Part shown: piece after piece, positions 40,760-52,621 of the stretch | Position numbering within the stretch: the first letter of the stretch is position 1 | How the letters are laid out: every line of letters starts with the position of its first letter | NCBI GenBank assembly: GCA_013265495.1 | Contig: MU058781.1 | Coordinates: 10,521,009-10,585,008, forward strand | Length of the DNA: 64,000 bases | Direction of reading: 5' to 3' | Source: Vicugna vicugna | Lineage: Eukaryota | Translations under genes and position numbers: made by a program | The notes under the pieces: generated by a model | Seen by the model: the letters and a program-made list of their open reading frames with translations, nothing else | Databases searched by the model: none | Told to the model about the DNA's origin: nothing

Positions 40760-41430
40760 ATCTGCTAAATAGAAAAGTTGAAACACAGTACAATGAACAT
40801 TCATCTACCCTTCACTATTTTCACTACTAATGAATATTTTGCCCCTGTTGCTTTCCTTCTGTTTGGATGTTTTAATACCTTGGTTGTTAATGGTGGTGGT
40901 CAACTATTTGGAAGTCATTTGCAGACAAAATGACAATTCACCTCCAAATACCTTATTATGCATTTTTTTGAGAATAAGAACATTTTCCTACAAACCCACA
41001 ATGCAAGGAAAACATCATTAAAATTAATTTAATTATACCTATGTTATTCCACAGTGTTGAGACATGATATGAATTTTTGAAGACTTCAGGCCAGTTTTCA
41101 TGTTGGGATTGTCCCATAGTCTGGCCCTCCTTGACTGTTTTCTCATGACTGACTGCATTTATATTAACATTATTTTTTTTCTTTGGCAAAAACATCACAT
41201 AGGGGATGTTGTGTATTTTTTTTACTGCCTCACATCAAACGGCGCTAGTTTTATTTCACTATTGGTGAAGATAAATTTGGTCACTTGTTTGAAGTGTTTA
41301 AAGGTATGTCCATTATAAAGGTATCCATTCAGTTTATAATAAATAATGCATGAGTGAGTGATATTTTTAAATCCAGTGAATATGCAGTATCCTAAGATCA
41401 TTTACCCAATGGTTTTAGCATCAACTGGTA
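40760..41430 (-). mobile_element. Ancient L1 (L1ME-type) 3' UTR
   Basis: 'agaaaagttgaaacacagtacaatgaacattcatctacccttcac...ttgaagacttcaggccagtt...cccaatggttttagcatc'. Confidence 0.7.
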
Positions 41431-41519
41431 ACTGGTGGTTGTCTTTATCAAAAGAATGTTCAAGTTACGAAGTTAATTCATTTGCCACAGTTTAACAACT
41501 ATATATACGTATATAACTG

Positions 41520-41640
41520 AGCAGATACATATATATATTTCATTTTATTAATTTGTATGTAAATACTTATTATTTATATATTTATATATAAATCCTTATT
41601 ATTTACATATATATTTATTACTTATATATTTATATGCCAA
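41520..41640. repeat. AT-rich imperfect tandem repeat (about 29-bp unit)
   Basis: 'aaatacttattatttatatatttatatat' followed by 'aaatccttattatttacatatatattt'. Confidence 0.7.
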
Positions 41641-42561
41641 ATAAAATGATTAAATATAAAATTCTTAATCTCTCCATAAAATTATCCACTGCAGGATCAC
41701 CCAAACTATAGAATCCAACAACAACACATTTGGTTGTTTTTTGGCTTATAGACAAAGACAGGAATGGGTAAAGCCTTGGGGATGAGAGCTATATTGTTTA
41801 TGGATCAGCATTAATTAGCAATAAAGCACCTGCAAAATACCAATATATTAATGGGAAAATACTGCTAACATTGAAATTGCTCAAAAATCACCTGGGTAGT
41901 TTTCCTGTCTCTCTCAATTTCTCAAGTCCTGTCCAAATTATTTATTTGTTTATTTATTTGGGTAGCAAATGAAAGCAGAGGAAGGCATTAGGGAAACAGA
42001 GTTATGATGACAAAACCTTCTATAAATCTTTTATTTTCTTTCTTTTTTTTTTTTGTTACACCCAGTATCACTCAATAATTTATTTGGAGTCAGAATTAAA
42101 AGAACATTTGACAGTTGTGAAATATATGTTTATGCTGGTACTTCTGATTCATCGTACAACTTATGTAGGACAAATTACCAGATTAACTACATTATTTATT
42201 CAATACTGGGGTTTTTCCAAGATCTTCAAATATGAAGTTAGATACAGCGTAAGCACATATCTCCCTTACTGTGCACTTGCTTAAACTTAAAAAAGCCCCT
42301 TCTCCAGGTCCTGCACATACTCTGGGCCAATATCAATAGGTCCTTCACAAGCCTATCACTTTGGTTTATATTCTGTAATCTTGCCCATGAAGAGTATCTA
42401 TGTAGAATCAAGTTCCTGATTAAATGCCACTGCTCTACCACCAACGTTACTCTGCAAATGGACTGAGAATGCCAAGGGAATGACAACTTGAAGAGGCTCT
42501 GAGGAGCCACAATGATTCTGTTACCTGTACTCAGTCCCAAGCTGCCAGAGTCACTGTAGCT

Positions 42562-42649
42562 GCCCTGGCCCCGCCCCACGCCCCGACCTGCCATGGCAAT
42601 GCATTACACGCCTCCATTTCAGTCTGTAGATGCTCATGGGACAGGAAGT
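42562..42649. promoter_or_regulatory. Candidate cis-regulatory motif cluster (SP/KLF GC boxes, RFX X-box-like, ETS)
   Basis: GGCCCCGCCCC 42567-77, CCACGCCCC 42576-84, CTGCCATGGCAAT 42588-600, ACAGGAAGT 42641-49. Motif matches only; no functional data. Confidence 0.35.
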
Positions 42650-42875
42650 ACCTGGGAAACAATCTACTTTCATTTTTTTCATTGAGGCATTTTTAAGAAA
42701 AGCACTAGAAATAACAGGAGATGCAGTCTCTTACCTAAATTTGAAAAACTGAGAAAAACACAGCAAACACTTCTTACGCAAATCTGCTCAGCACTCCTCC
42801 AGGGATTGTCCTAGAGAAAGCCAAAAAAAAAAAAATTATGAAGAGATTGGAGCAATAGGAAATTACACTGAAAAT

Positions 42876-43301
42876 GAAAATGACACTTTTCTTCTTCTTT
42901 TTTTTTGTGAATTCTTTTTCCTGTGTTTATTGGAGTCATACATCTTTTTACATTGTAGGTAACGATCCAAAAGCAAGAAAACTTTCCTCCCTCTAACAGC
43001 TTTCTCTGCTGTTATCAGTCAAGCTAGAAGAGTCCACATCGTTTTAGAATTATTATTATTTTTTTTACTGCTAATTATAATTATGTTGCTTTTTTAAAAA
43101 ACATTTTTATTGAGTTGTAATCATTTTACAATGTTGTGTCAAATTCCAGTGTAGAGCACAATTTTTCAGTTATACATAAACATATATATATATTCATTGT
43201 CACATTTTTTTCTCTGTGAGCTACCATAAGATCTTATATATATTTCCCTGTGTTACACAGTATAATCTTGTTTATCTATTCTACAGAAAATGACACTTTT
43301 C
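42876..43301 (-). mobile_element. 5'-truncated young L1 insertion with 3' transduction, bounded by a 16-bp TSD
   Basis: GAAAATGACACTTTTC at 42876-42891 and 43286-43301. T-rich tail 42892-42906. L1 3' end at about 43090-43285 is homologous (reverse complement) to the L1 end at about 58380-58555. Confidence 0.85.
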
Positions 43302-45899
43302 ATTTTGGAAAGTCAAAGATGAAGTGAAATTATACGAGCAGCACAAAACATTATGGAAGCTACCAAATCCAAGAATACTAAAAACATTTGGGACACAGCA
43401 AAGGAGGTAATTTTAGGGTCTGTAAAATTATACATAGTTGTGAGTAAAAAACCTGGGACATGTTTGCATCTAAAGACCTATAGGCTGAAAATATAAATTT
43501 TAGACGTTTGACATAAAATTAATGGATGACATATTCATATCTGAAGGTAAATATAAGCTAAGAATATTTGAGAATTGTGGGGAGAGCAACTACATTTTTT
43601 TCCCATTAAAATAAAAATTTTCATCTATTTTCAGAGATTAGGCTCCTAAAACAGTAACACCAGGGAGCCATACAAAAAAATCTACAGTTCTATATTTTAG
43701 GCCATGTAATTTCTTACTTTTGAAAACAATAAAGAGAAATCACAATTATCCTCTTGTGTGTTGATTTCCAAATTATTAGTATTTTTCTCTAATACAAAAA
43801 TAATATACATTCATTTCTGAGAATGATAATAAAGAGGATTAATTAGCTGTATATTGTCTCACAACTAAGTGGTTGCTACTAACATTTAGTGTACTTAAAA
43901 TTTTTTCTTTTTCTAAGTATTTACTTTTATCTTTGGTTCACATGGTATTTACTGTATGTGTAGTTATATACCGTAGTCTTATATATTGATTTGTTTTTTA
44001 ATTTATGAAGTTAGAGTCTATAAGAAGAGGAGCATCTGTCTAAATCACATAGTTAGGCTCTTGATAGTAAAATAAAATAATGAAATAAACTTCACTAGGC
44101 CAGTAAAATAGGTCTCACAAGGAAAGCTTTCAAAATCCTGCCAATGCTTGTCTCTTTAGCTTTACAGACAGAAGGTCATCTGTGCGCAAGACTTCTCTGA
44201 TTCATTCTAAGCCTCCTGAATGATCCTTTTTAATTGATGCAAATCTGGAAAGCATCATTTGCCCTCATGAAACTGTATAGTTTAGCCAATGTTATCATTC
44301 CTAACTCTCCTTAGTTGGCATAGCTCTCAGCAGGTACAAGGTAATTATTCTATTTGGAGTCAGGGGATTTTCTGGGAGGGAAGCTTCAAAACTGAGCCTG
44401 AGATTTAGTGAATGCGTCTGGGTGGCCATGACTGAAATCTGGGGGCAGGAAAGAACAATGAAGTTCCCAGAGAAGAACTCACTGTGAGGAGAGCAGAGCT
44501 ATCTGGGTTTTCCACCAGGCTCTGAATTCCATGGTTAAAGTTGGTAACAGTGTGTGTCTGAAACTAGTACCAACTCAGGTCTCAGCTATACTACTGCAGT
44601 ACCATGTTTGGGAGATATCAGCCAAACAGGGCATGTAAACTGGAAAAAAAATACCTGTTTCTGTCACATCCAATTCTACAGCCCCACCAGAGCCTGTGAA
44701 GAGATCTGGGTTGCCAAGGGCACTGCAGTGTACACTGCCTGACACACAGCATCAGGATGGGAGCTATGTAAGCAAGTCCACTACTATTGATTTTAATTTC
44801 ATTTCCTCCTTTGAAAACAGGCCTTTAAACTGAGTGTGACTTCATGAGTTTTTAGATACTTCGGATTGAGAGGCTTGAGAGAGGCATCTTGGACTGTCTT
44901 CTATAACAATCAATTATTTAGGGTGGAAAAGTAAAAGCAAACAATTCAAACAAACAAAATAATCTCTTTGAACTATAGTAGTGATATATCCAGTGATGCA
45001 GATTACATGATTCTCCCCAGGCGTGATGGAGAGCCAAGAGGCCAATGGCCCTAAACAGCAGCCTTTGTCCAAGTTACTATTGTTCCCAGTACAGAGGAAA
45101 CTAACCAGGTAGAACCATCTGACATCATGAAAGATGCACCCATTCTCCAGCTGATAATTTCCATTATTTTAATATTGATATTTTTTAGAATAGAAGTTTA
45201 ACCATTAAATGCACAGAAGGTAAGGCTGTCTTTTAATTTTGCTTTCTTAGCATTGTTAACTAAATTATACAATTCCATGTAAGGAGGAAGGTCTTACATT
45301 CCAGTTTTAGGGGCTTAAGCAATTATTACTATCATAGTCTTTGTCATCATGACTATTATGCTCTTCAAATCTGCCTGAACGAAGATAACTTATTTGCCAA
45401 AATATGTACCCTGTTAATTCTGAATCTTCACTTGACTTATTCACATGTTACTGGTCATAAATTGGCCAATAATCTCTTGTGGTAAGATTATAAATCTCCA
45501 AATAGCTTATTGTGACATTTGTTTACTGAATAATTGCCTTGGTAAAGGCAACTGCCAGTTTTCAGACAATTAAGCAAAGATTTTTCGGAAATATAGAATT
45601 TCCCCAATCAATAAGGCTTTGAACGTTAACTAAATTTTAACTGTGACAAGGAAGACTAATATGTTCCGACGCCCACCTACCTGCTAGTCTATGTGAATAA
45701 TTATTTTTTAAGGAAAAAGAAAAGAAACTCCCTACTCACTTAATCAGGCTAGACTAGCCTATTTGGAAACTGTCACTGGAAATAGATGTGGTGTCACCTT
45801 TGTGGAATGGATGAAAATGTACCCCCTAAATAAATGATAAACAGGAACCAGCAGCCACAGAGTGTAAAGAAGAGGATAAGGGGGTGAGGTAGGCATAAT

Positions 45900-45939
45900 A
45901 CAAATAAACAAACAAACAAACAAACAAATAAATAAATAA
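45900..45939. repeat. (CAAA)n/(TAAA)n microsatellite
   Basis: Directly visible. Confidence 0.9.
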
Positions 45940-46947
45940 GTCAGCCAAAGGGGTTTTTACCACGTGCAATGATAAATCTCTCTAGACAGCTGTCGTTGTG
46001 TTTATTGGAAAACAGGAGGCCTTTGGGTGCTTCTTAAGCCATATTATCTTTCCCAGTCCTCAGTTTGGCAATTGCATTTTTTACTTTGGGGACAGAGAAA
46101 AGGATGGAAAAAAAATTGAAACAGAAGAGGGCAATAAAAAAAGAGACAGTGCTTACAAAATTGAGTTATTGCTAACATCGTAATAATGTCCCTTTCAGCT
46201 AACCTTTTCACCAGGCTAGGGTCCAGAAACTAAGAATCTTATGGGAATTTTGTATCCATTGCTTCTTCAACTTTTAGAGATGGAACAGTCAAGCTGAGTA
46301 CTACTAAGATAGAAAGAAAAATGAAATATTTAAAACTGCAGAAACTGGTAAAGCTGATAAATTATATTATATCCCTGTCAGCTACTTTTTCACTATAAAC
46401 TCTAGGATTAAAGTAGATTTGCTTAAAGGATGAGTGAACAAAAGAGGCTTTAGCGAGATGAAAATATTTATTGGGAAAGTGGTAGAATCAGCTATAGGGA
46501 GAGATCTCTTTTCATTTGAGAAAACATTCAAAAGATCATGTTCATTTTTTCCAAAATAAAGATTAGTTTAGAGAATTAATATCATTTCTCTCGTCTTTGC
46601 TGGATACTACACCTCTGTACCAAAAGCAGACAAATCAGGGAACAGCAGAATGGGGACTACATCAAAGTGGGAACCTAGCACTAATGCTGTCAGTGAGAAT
46701 TCTATTTCTCCCAGTAACCATTACAGAATGTCCAACTTCCATTTTCTTATTCCCCATCAAATCAGGAAGCATTTCAAGACATGATCACAACCAGGACTCT
46801 TATTAGTTCTTGGTTATTATTCTGGGCTATGAGTAGGAAAAGACCAGGGAGACTCTCCAAGGTCCTTCTAACTTCAGGATGCCATTTGGTTCCCAAACTG
46901 TGGCCACACTTTTAGGTTTTGTAATGGCAGACCTCTCAGTACTTGCC

Positions 46948-47533
46948 TGTGCCCAAATCTCTTCCTGTTACTGTGGCTGCATAACAAAGTATCCCCAAAT
47001 TTAATGACATAAAGTAACCATTTCTTATGCTCATGGATTTGTGGTTCAAGAGTTCAGGTAAGATGCAGCAGTGATAACTTCCTCTGCTCCGTGATGTGTT
47101 GTGGGGCCTCACTGGAAGACTCGAAGGCTGGAGTTGAATCAGCAGAAGGCTCATTCACTCAATATCTGGCTGTTAATTTTGAATGTGGGCTAGGAGCCTG
47201 AGTTCTTCTCCCCGTGGGCCTCTCCATTTGACTTCTCTAAGTGAACTAGTCTGGGCTTCCTATCAGCATGATGGCTGGATTCCAAGGGCAAGCATTCCAA
47301 GAGAAGGACAGAGAGCCAAGAGGAAGTTGTATTGCCCTTTTGAATCTAGCCGTGGAAGTCCTGTATTGTTATTTGTACCATGCTCTATTTATTGGAAAAG
47401 TCAGAAACTTGCCCAGTTTCGAGAAGGGGAAGGTGAAAGGACTTTTCACCTATTGAAAGGGAGTAGCAAGTTTCTGGAGGAGCAGGACCAGAAATATTGC
47501 CGTGACATTTTTAGGAGACACAATCTGCTTCAT
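46948..47533 (-). mobile_element. MaLR solo LTR (MLT1G/H-like)
   Basis: 'gctgcataacaaagtatccccaaatttaatgacataaag...cttatgctcatggatttgtgg...ggggcctcactggaagactcgaaggctgg...cagcatgatggctggattccaagggcaagcattccaagaga'. Confidence 0.85.
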
Positions 47534-47534
47534 T

Positions 47535-47640
47535 GAGGAAACTAAAGTCCATAGTATTTAAGAGATTTACCTAACAGATCCGTATCTGGCAGGTGGTGGG
47601 GCAGAGAACCAATTTCTCTTTTTCATATTCCAAAACCATC
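47535..47640 (-). mobile_element. MIR fragment
   Basis: 'tgaggaaactaaagtccatagtatttaagagatttaccta'. Confidence 0.55.
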
Positions 47641-49321
47641 CTTCTTTAAAATACACAACAGTGGGGAAATATTAACCCCAGCAGAATGGGAGTTGTCCTC
47701 AATGGGGGGCGGGGGTTGACATCTCAGGGAAATAAATGTTCATAGAGAGACAAAAATGTAAACACTGAGCTACTTCACAAAATTGGCATTACACCAGCCT
47801 GGCCTGAAGGAATTGAACATTATTTGAACGTGTTTTGTGTCAAGTAAATTTTAGCCATGAAGAAGCTTTCAACTTTAAATCTCTTGAGTATTAAATTGAT
47901 AACTATTATAGCTAAAGTATCTGAAGGTGTAAATTGTACTACTGATTTTAATATGGAAATATGAGAGGAATATTCAAGTTATCTATAATAACAAATCAGG
48001 ACCTAAACAATATAATGTAATATGAGCTATCTGCTGGTATTAAAGGAATGCCATTTGACAGAACAAATATTTCTGCTGTTACTCTAGCAAGCTAAAATAT
48101 AAAGCATGCTGAATCAAATTTGACCTTTAAAAAACTGTTAGTGATTATAACTATTAATATTAGTTAGTGATTATAACTTGTTAATATTATATATGCTGAA
48201 AGACATATAAAAGTTTTAATCAAGTTATTATACATAAATATTATACTATAAGGGCAATCACTTTATTAAAAATACCAGAGCCAAAGAAAGAGTATTAAGA
48301 AAAAATATATACATATTACCAGAAAGAAAGAGATACATTTAATATAATGACATCTTAGCCTGGCTTTTCCCCTAGCAGCGGGAGAGTCAGATCCTTATAT
48401 TCATTTATTATATGTAGGAATGTGTTCTAAGGGAGCAAGGGTGCAGAGAGTAAGATAAAATAAATAGCAGGCAAAAACAACAACACATGGGTGAGTTTCT
48501 GCATTAGTTACCCAATCTCAACAGGAACTTCTGAGGACACTACCAGCATGGATCTTAGGTCTCTGTGCCTGGAGAATGAAAGCCTACTGCCCCGAGGACA
48601 ATGATGCTCAAATGGCACCCACTCCTGCATTGCACCTGTTAAGAACAGAGCAAGTTCCCACAGGGTCCCACCTCCTCATTTCAGAGGAGCCACAGGGCAG
48701 AGAGTGAAAGGGATACAGCAGAGGAGTGAAGCAATGTGCAGTCCAAATATACCTGTGCAAGACTAGAGTATTAAAGTGTGATTGATACAAAATGAAATGT
48801 ACAGATCTTAAGTTCAAGTAGTGTTGGCTGTTTTATCTGCCAATAAAACCATCACTCTAAACAAGAAATGATAGGTATCATCATCTTAAAAATTTCCTCA
48901 AGTCTCTTTCTCATCAATTCTCTCAAACTCAAGGCAACCACTCTCTAATTTCTATCACATTGAATCGAGAGATTAATTTAACTCAAGTTTAAGTTAGTCT
49001 GATTTATAACAATATATGTAATAAAATTATATATTTCATTGTATGATGTTTTCACGCAACATGTTTTTGAAGTTTATCCTGTTGTTATTTTTATCAGTTG
49101 TACATTTCTTTTTCTTGTTGGGTAATGTATTTTTGGTTGGAATATGCCATGATTTGTTTGTTTATTCCCTCATTCATGGCATTGCATATTCCAGTTTTTA
49201 GGAATTAGTGAATAAAGTTGCTATGAAAATCCTGTACAAGTCTCCTTGTGGAGATGTGAACAGTTCTACACGTGATGGTGCCACTTTATAGTCCTACTAG
49301 TTGCTCTACATTCTTGCCAAT

Positions 49322-49681
49322 TATTTTAGTGCAGGCTGCTATAGAAAATACAATAGACTGGGAGGATTAAACAACAAACATTTATTTCTCACAGTTCTGG
49401 AGGCTAGGGAGTCCAAGATCAAGGAGCCAGCTGATTTAACTTATGGTGAGGACTCTCTTCCTGGTTTGCAGACTGTCACCTTCTTGCTATGTCCTCACAA
49501 GGCAGAAAGAGAAGTTGTCAGTTTCCTGTCTTTTCTTATAAGGGCACTAATCCCATTCATGAGGGCTCCACCTTCATGACCTAATTACCTCCTTTAGGTT
49601 CCACCTCGAAATATCATCACACGAGGGATTGGGGCTTCAACATAGACATTTCGGTGGAACATGAATATTTAATCCATAACA
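49322..49681 (-). mobile_element. MaLR solo LTR (MLT1A0-like) inserted in L1
   Basis: 'ggctgctatagaaaatacaatagactgg...catttatttctcacagttctggaggctagggagtccaagatcaagg...ataagggcactaatcccattcatgagggctccacc...aatccataaca'. Confidence 0.9.
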
Positions 49682-49881
49682 TAGATATTGTATATTAAGT
49701 TTGATTTCATTTTGTAACAACACTCATTCTAGTGGTCTTAGAATGATATCTCGTTCTGGGATTAGTTTGCATTTCCCTAAAGAATAACAAAGTCAAGCAT
49801 CTTCGTAGATGCTTATTAGGTCATTCCTTTATCTTTTGCCTCATTATCTGTTCAAGTCTTTGTGCAATTTTATGTGGGTTG

Positions 49882-50238
49882 TGTATTACTTTTCTATTGC
49901 TGCTGTAACAAATTACCACAAGCTTAGTGGCTTAAAACAATACAAGTTTCCTCCATCTTCAAAGGCAGGAATGTTCGATCCCTCTAACCATTCTTTGAAG
50001 TCACATCTCCCTTTCTCTCTGAACTCAGTACTGAAAAGATTCTCTGATTTCAAGAACCTGGGTGATTAGATTGAGCTTGCCCAGATAACCCAGAATAATC
50101 TCTTCATCTCAAAATGCTTGATTTAATCACACCTGCAAATTCCTTTTGCCATGCAAAGTAATGTATACACAGGCTCCAGAAATTACGAGGTGGATATCTT
50201 TTGGGGGGAACTACATGCCTATTATTCTGCCTGACACA
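49882..50238 (-). mobile_element. MaLR solo LTR (MLT1D-like, internally deleted) inserted in L1
   Basis: 'tgtattacttttctattgctgctgtaacaaattaccacaagcttagtggcttaaaacaa...atcacacctgcaaattccttttgccatg...tattctgcctgacaca'. Confidence 0.85.
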
Positions 50239-51689
50239 AGTAACTTGTTTTCTTATTATTGATCTGTAGGAGTTTTTTGTATTTTCTGGACATAGAGACA
50301 CAATTTTTCCTAGACTGTAGCCTCTTTTGGTGAGTAGACAACTTTGATTTTGATGAAGTTCACTTTATCATTTTTCCTTATATGCCCCTTTCATTTTTGT
50401 ACTTTTTGCCTCCTATAAAAATATTTACTTACTCCAAGATTGTAAGGATATTCTCCTATATTTCTAGGAGCTTTATTATTCCAGCTTTTATGGTTAAGTT
50501 TATAATTCTTCTTGAATTAATTAGTGTATCATGTGATACAGTGGTCATAGTCCTTGTCTTTAGTTGTTTCAGTATTGTTTGTTAAAAGATAGCCCCACTA
50601 AATTGAATTGGTGTATGGCCATAATTTAGCTCTGTAGGTCTGTTTGTGATATGAAGGTCAGTCACATTTATCTATTTGTCTATGTCTATGCTAACTCCAT
50701 CACAACACTCTCCTGATTATTGCAGCATTGCAGTAAGTTTTGAAATCAGATGTGAAAAATTGTTCTAGTTATTCTAGTTTGTTTACATTTTGATGTAAAT
50801 TTTAGAATCAGCTTGTCAATTTCTACCAAAATCATGTTGAAATTTTGATTCAGATTGCATTGCTTCTATAAAGAAAGGTGGGGAGAAAGGTATATTGAAA
50901 GTACTGCATCTACAGATCCATGGATATAGTATTTCTCTCCATTATTTAAGTCTAAGAATAAACATCCATTCTTATTACCAAATTCGGGAAAACACTTTGA
51001 TATTTCACTATTACAAAGTTAGCTGTAGGTTTTTCATAGGTGTTCTTTCATTCTATTAAGGAAGTTTTCCTAATTTTGGAATTTGCTGAGAGATTTTATT
51101 ATCAATGGGTGTTGGATTTTATCAAGGGCTTTTTAAAGCATCAATTGAGATAATCATAGGACTTTTCCCTTCTAGTCTCATATGGCAAATTACATCAATT
51201 TATTTTTCTAATCTTGAACAAGTCATGTATTTCTGGGGTAAACACACCCTGAAAATGATACATTATTTTTTTTCCTGTATTGGTAGATTTTATTTGCTGT
51301 CATTTCTTACAGAATTTTGCATCTGTATCATGAGAGTTTCTGATCTGAAACTCTGAAATTCTTTTCTTTGATGAATTGTTGTTGTCAGGCTTTGTTTCAC
51401 AGTTACACAAATCTCACAAAAATGAGTTGGGAAGTTTTCCTATCTCCTCTTAAACTGGTATCATTTCTCACCTCTTAAAATAGAAACTGAGATATTTGTT
51501 TTTACATTTTTCTTCTTTTCTATAAGTTTCTTTCAAAGAATTTTTTCTTATTGTTCTACAATTTTAGGTATGTTGTATTATCATACTCATTCCACTTGAA
51601 ATAGTTCTGAATATTTCTTGTGATTTCTTTCCTGACCATAAATTTATTTAGAAGTAATTTTGCTTAATTTCCAAATATTTGGAAATCAA

Positions 51690-52010
51690 CTGCATCAGTA
51701 TGATACAATAGAAATATATTGTGAGCCACAGGTACAACTTAAAATTTCAAATATCCACATAAAAAGTTCAAACAAAACAAATAAAATTAAATTTAGTGAT
51801 ATGTTTTATTTAACTCGATATGTCCAACACAAATTGTTTCAACATGTAATCAATATAAAATTATTAACAAGATATTTTACATTTTTTTGTACTAAGTTTT
51901 TCAAATTTGGTGTGTATTTTATCCTTACAACACATCTTAATTTGGTTTAACCCATTTTAAGTGCTCAAAAGGAACATGTGACCATGGGTTACCATGTTAG
52001 ACAACATAAT
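51690..52010. mobile_element. MER33-like hAT-Charlie non-autonomous DNA transposon
   Basis: About 320 bp: 'caatagaaatatattgtgagccaca...ttttatttaactcgatatgtcca...caacatgtaatcaatataaaattatt...aagtgctcaa...acatgtg...ttaccatgttagacaaca'. Confidence 0.75.
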
Positions 52011-52149
52011 CTTAGCAGGATGGTTTTCTGTTCCCGTCTTAGGTCTCTGTCTCTGCTAACATATTTGATTTCGAAATGTTAGAAAAGAAACTAAAGTCTG
52101 TACAGATCTAATTTCTGTTACAATATCTGCACAATATGCAATTTAGTAA

Positions 52150-52330
52150 TGTTAATCCTGGGTACTAGTTGTGACTATGGCTAATTAAGTAGTAACTTGA
52201 AGTGGTCATTTAACTTCTCTGTTCTCAGTTACTTTTAGCTGTTAAAAGATAAGCTCCCTTATTAAGTTTCAAGGCATTTTGGACAGATTAAATAGAATAG
52301 CAGATGTGAAAACAACTTCTAAATGTATAA
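52150..52330 (+). mobile_element. MIR fragment
   Basis: 'gtcatttaacttctctgttctcagttac...gattaaatagaatagcagatgtgaaa'. Confidence 0.55.
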
Positions 52331-52595
52331 ATATATCTTATATTCGCACAACATGTATTATTAATAGTTTTTCAAGTTCTTAGAAGATGAATATTTGATG
52401 CACAAAAACGTCACTCTCCCATGCAAATGCTCACTCATTTGGATAAAGTCTGTAACGGTGCATGGGTAGTAAAGAGAGAAAGCACTGACATAAGGTATAT
52501 ACCATACTTTGGGGATAAAGGATGTTACTGTGTTTTGCTTTCTTCATACAGCTGAGCTCAAAATTCAGCATGCATTTCTCTTTGATGTTGCCTTT

Positions 52596-52621
52596 ACACA
52601 CACACACACACACACACACAC
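52596..52621. repeat. (AC)13 microsatellite
   Basis: Directly visible. Confidence 0.95.

Larger units (their letters stand above)
48770..51685 (-). mobile_element. Old L1 (L1M-type; 3' UTR plus ORF2 remnants) interrupted by two MLT1 LTRs
   Basis: Antisense L1 motifs 'aaaatgaaatgtacagatcttaag', 'aataaagttgctatgaaaat', 'tttgcatttccctaa', 'aattttagaatcagcttgtcaatttct', 'aatgggtgttggattttatcaa' and 'ttgcttaatttccaaatattt'. Confidence 0.8.
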
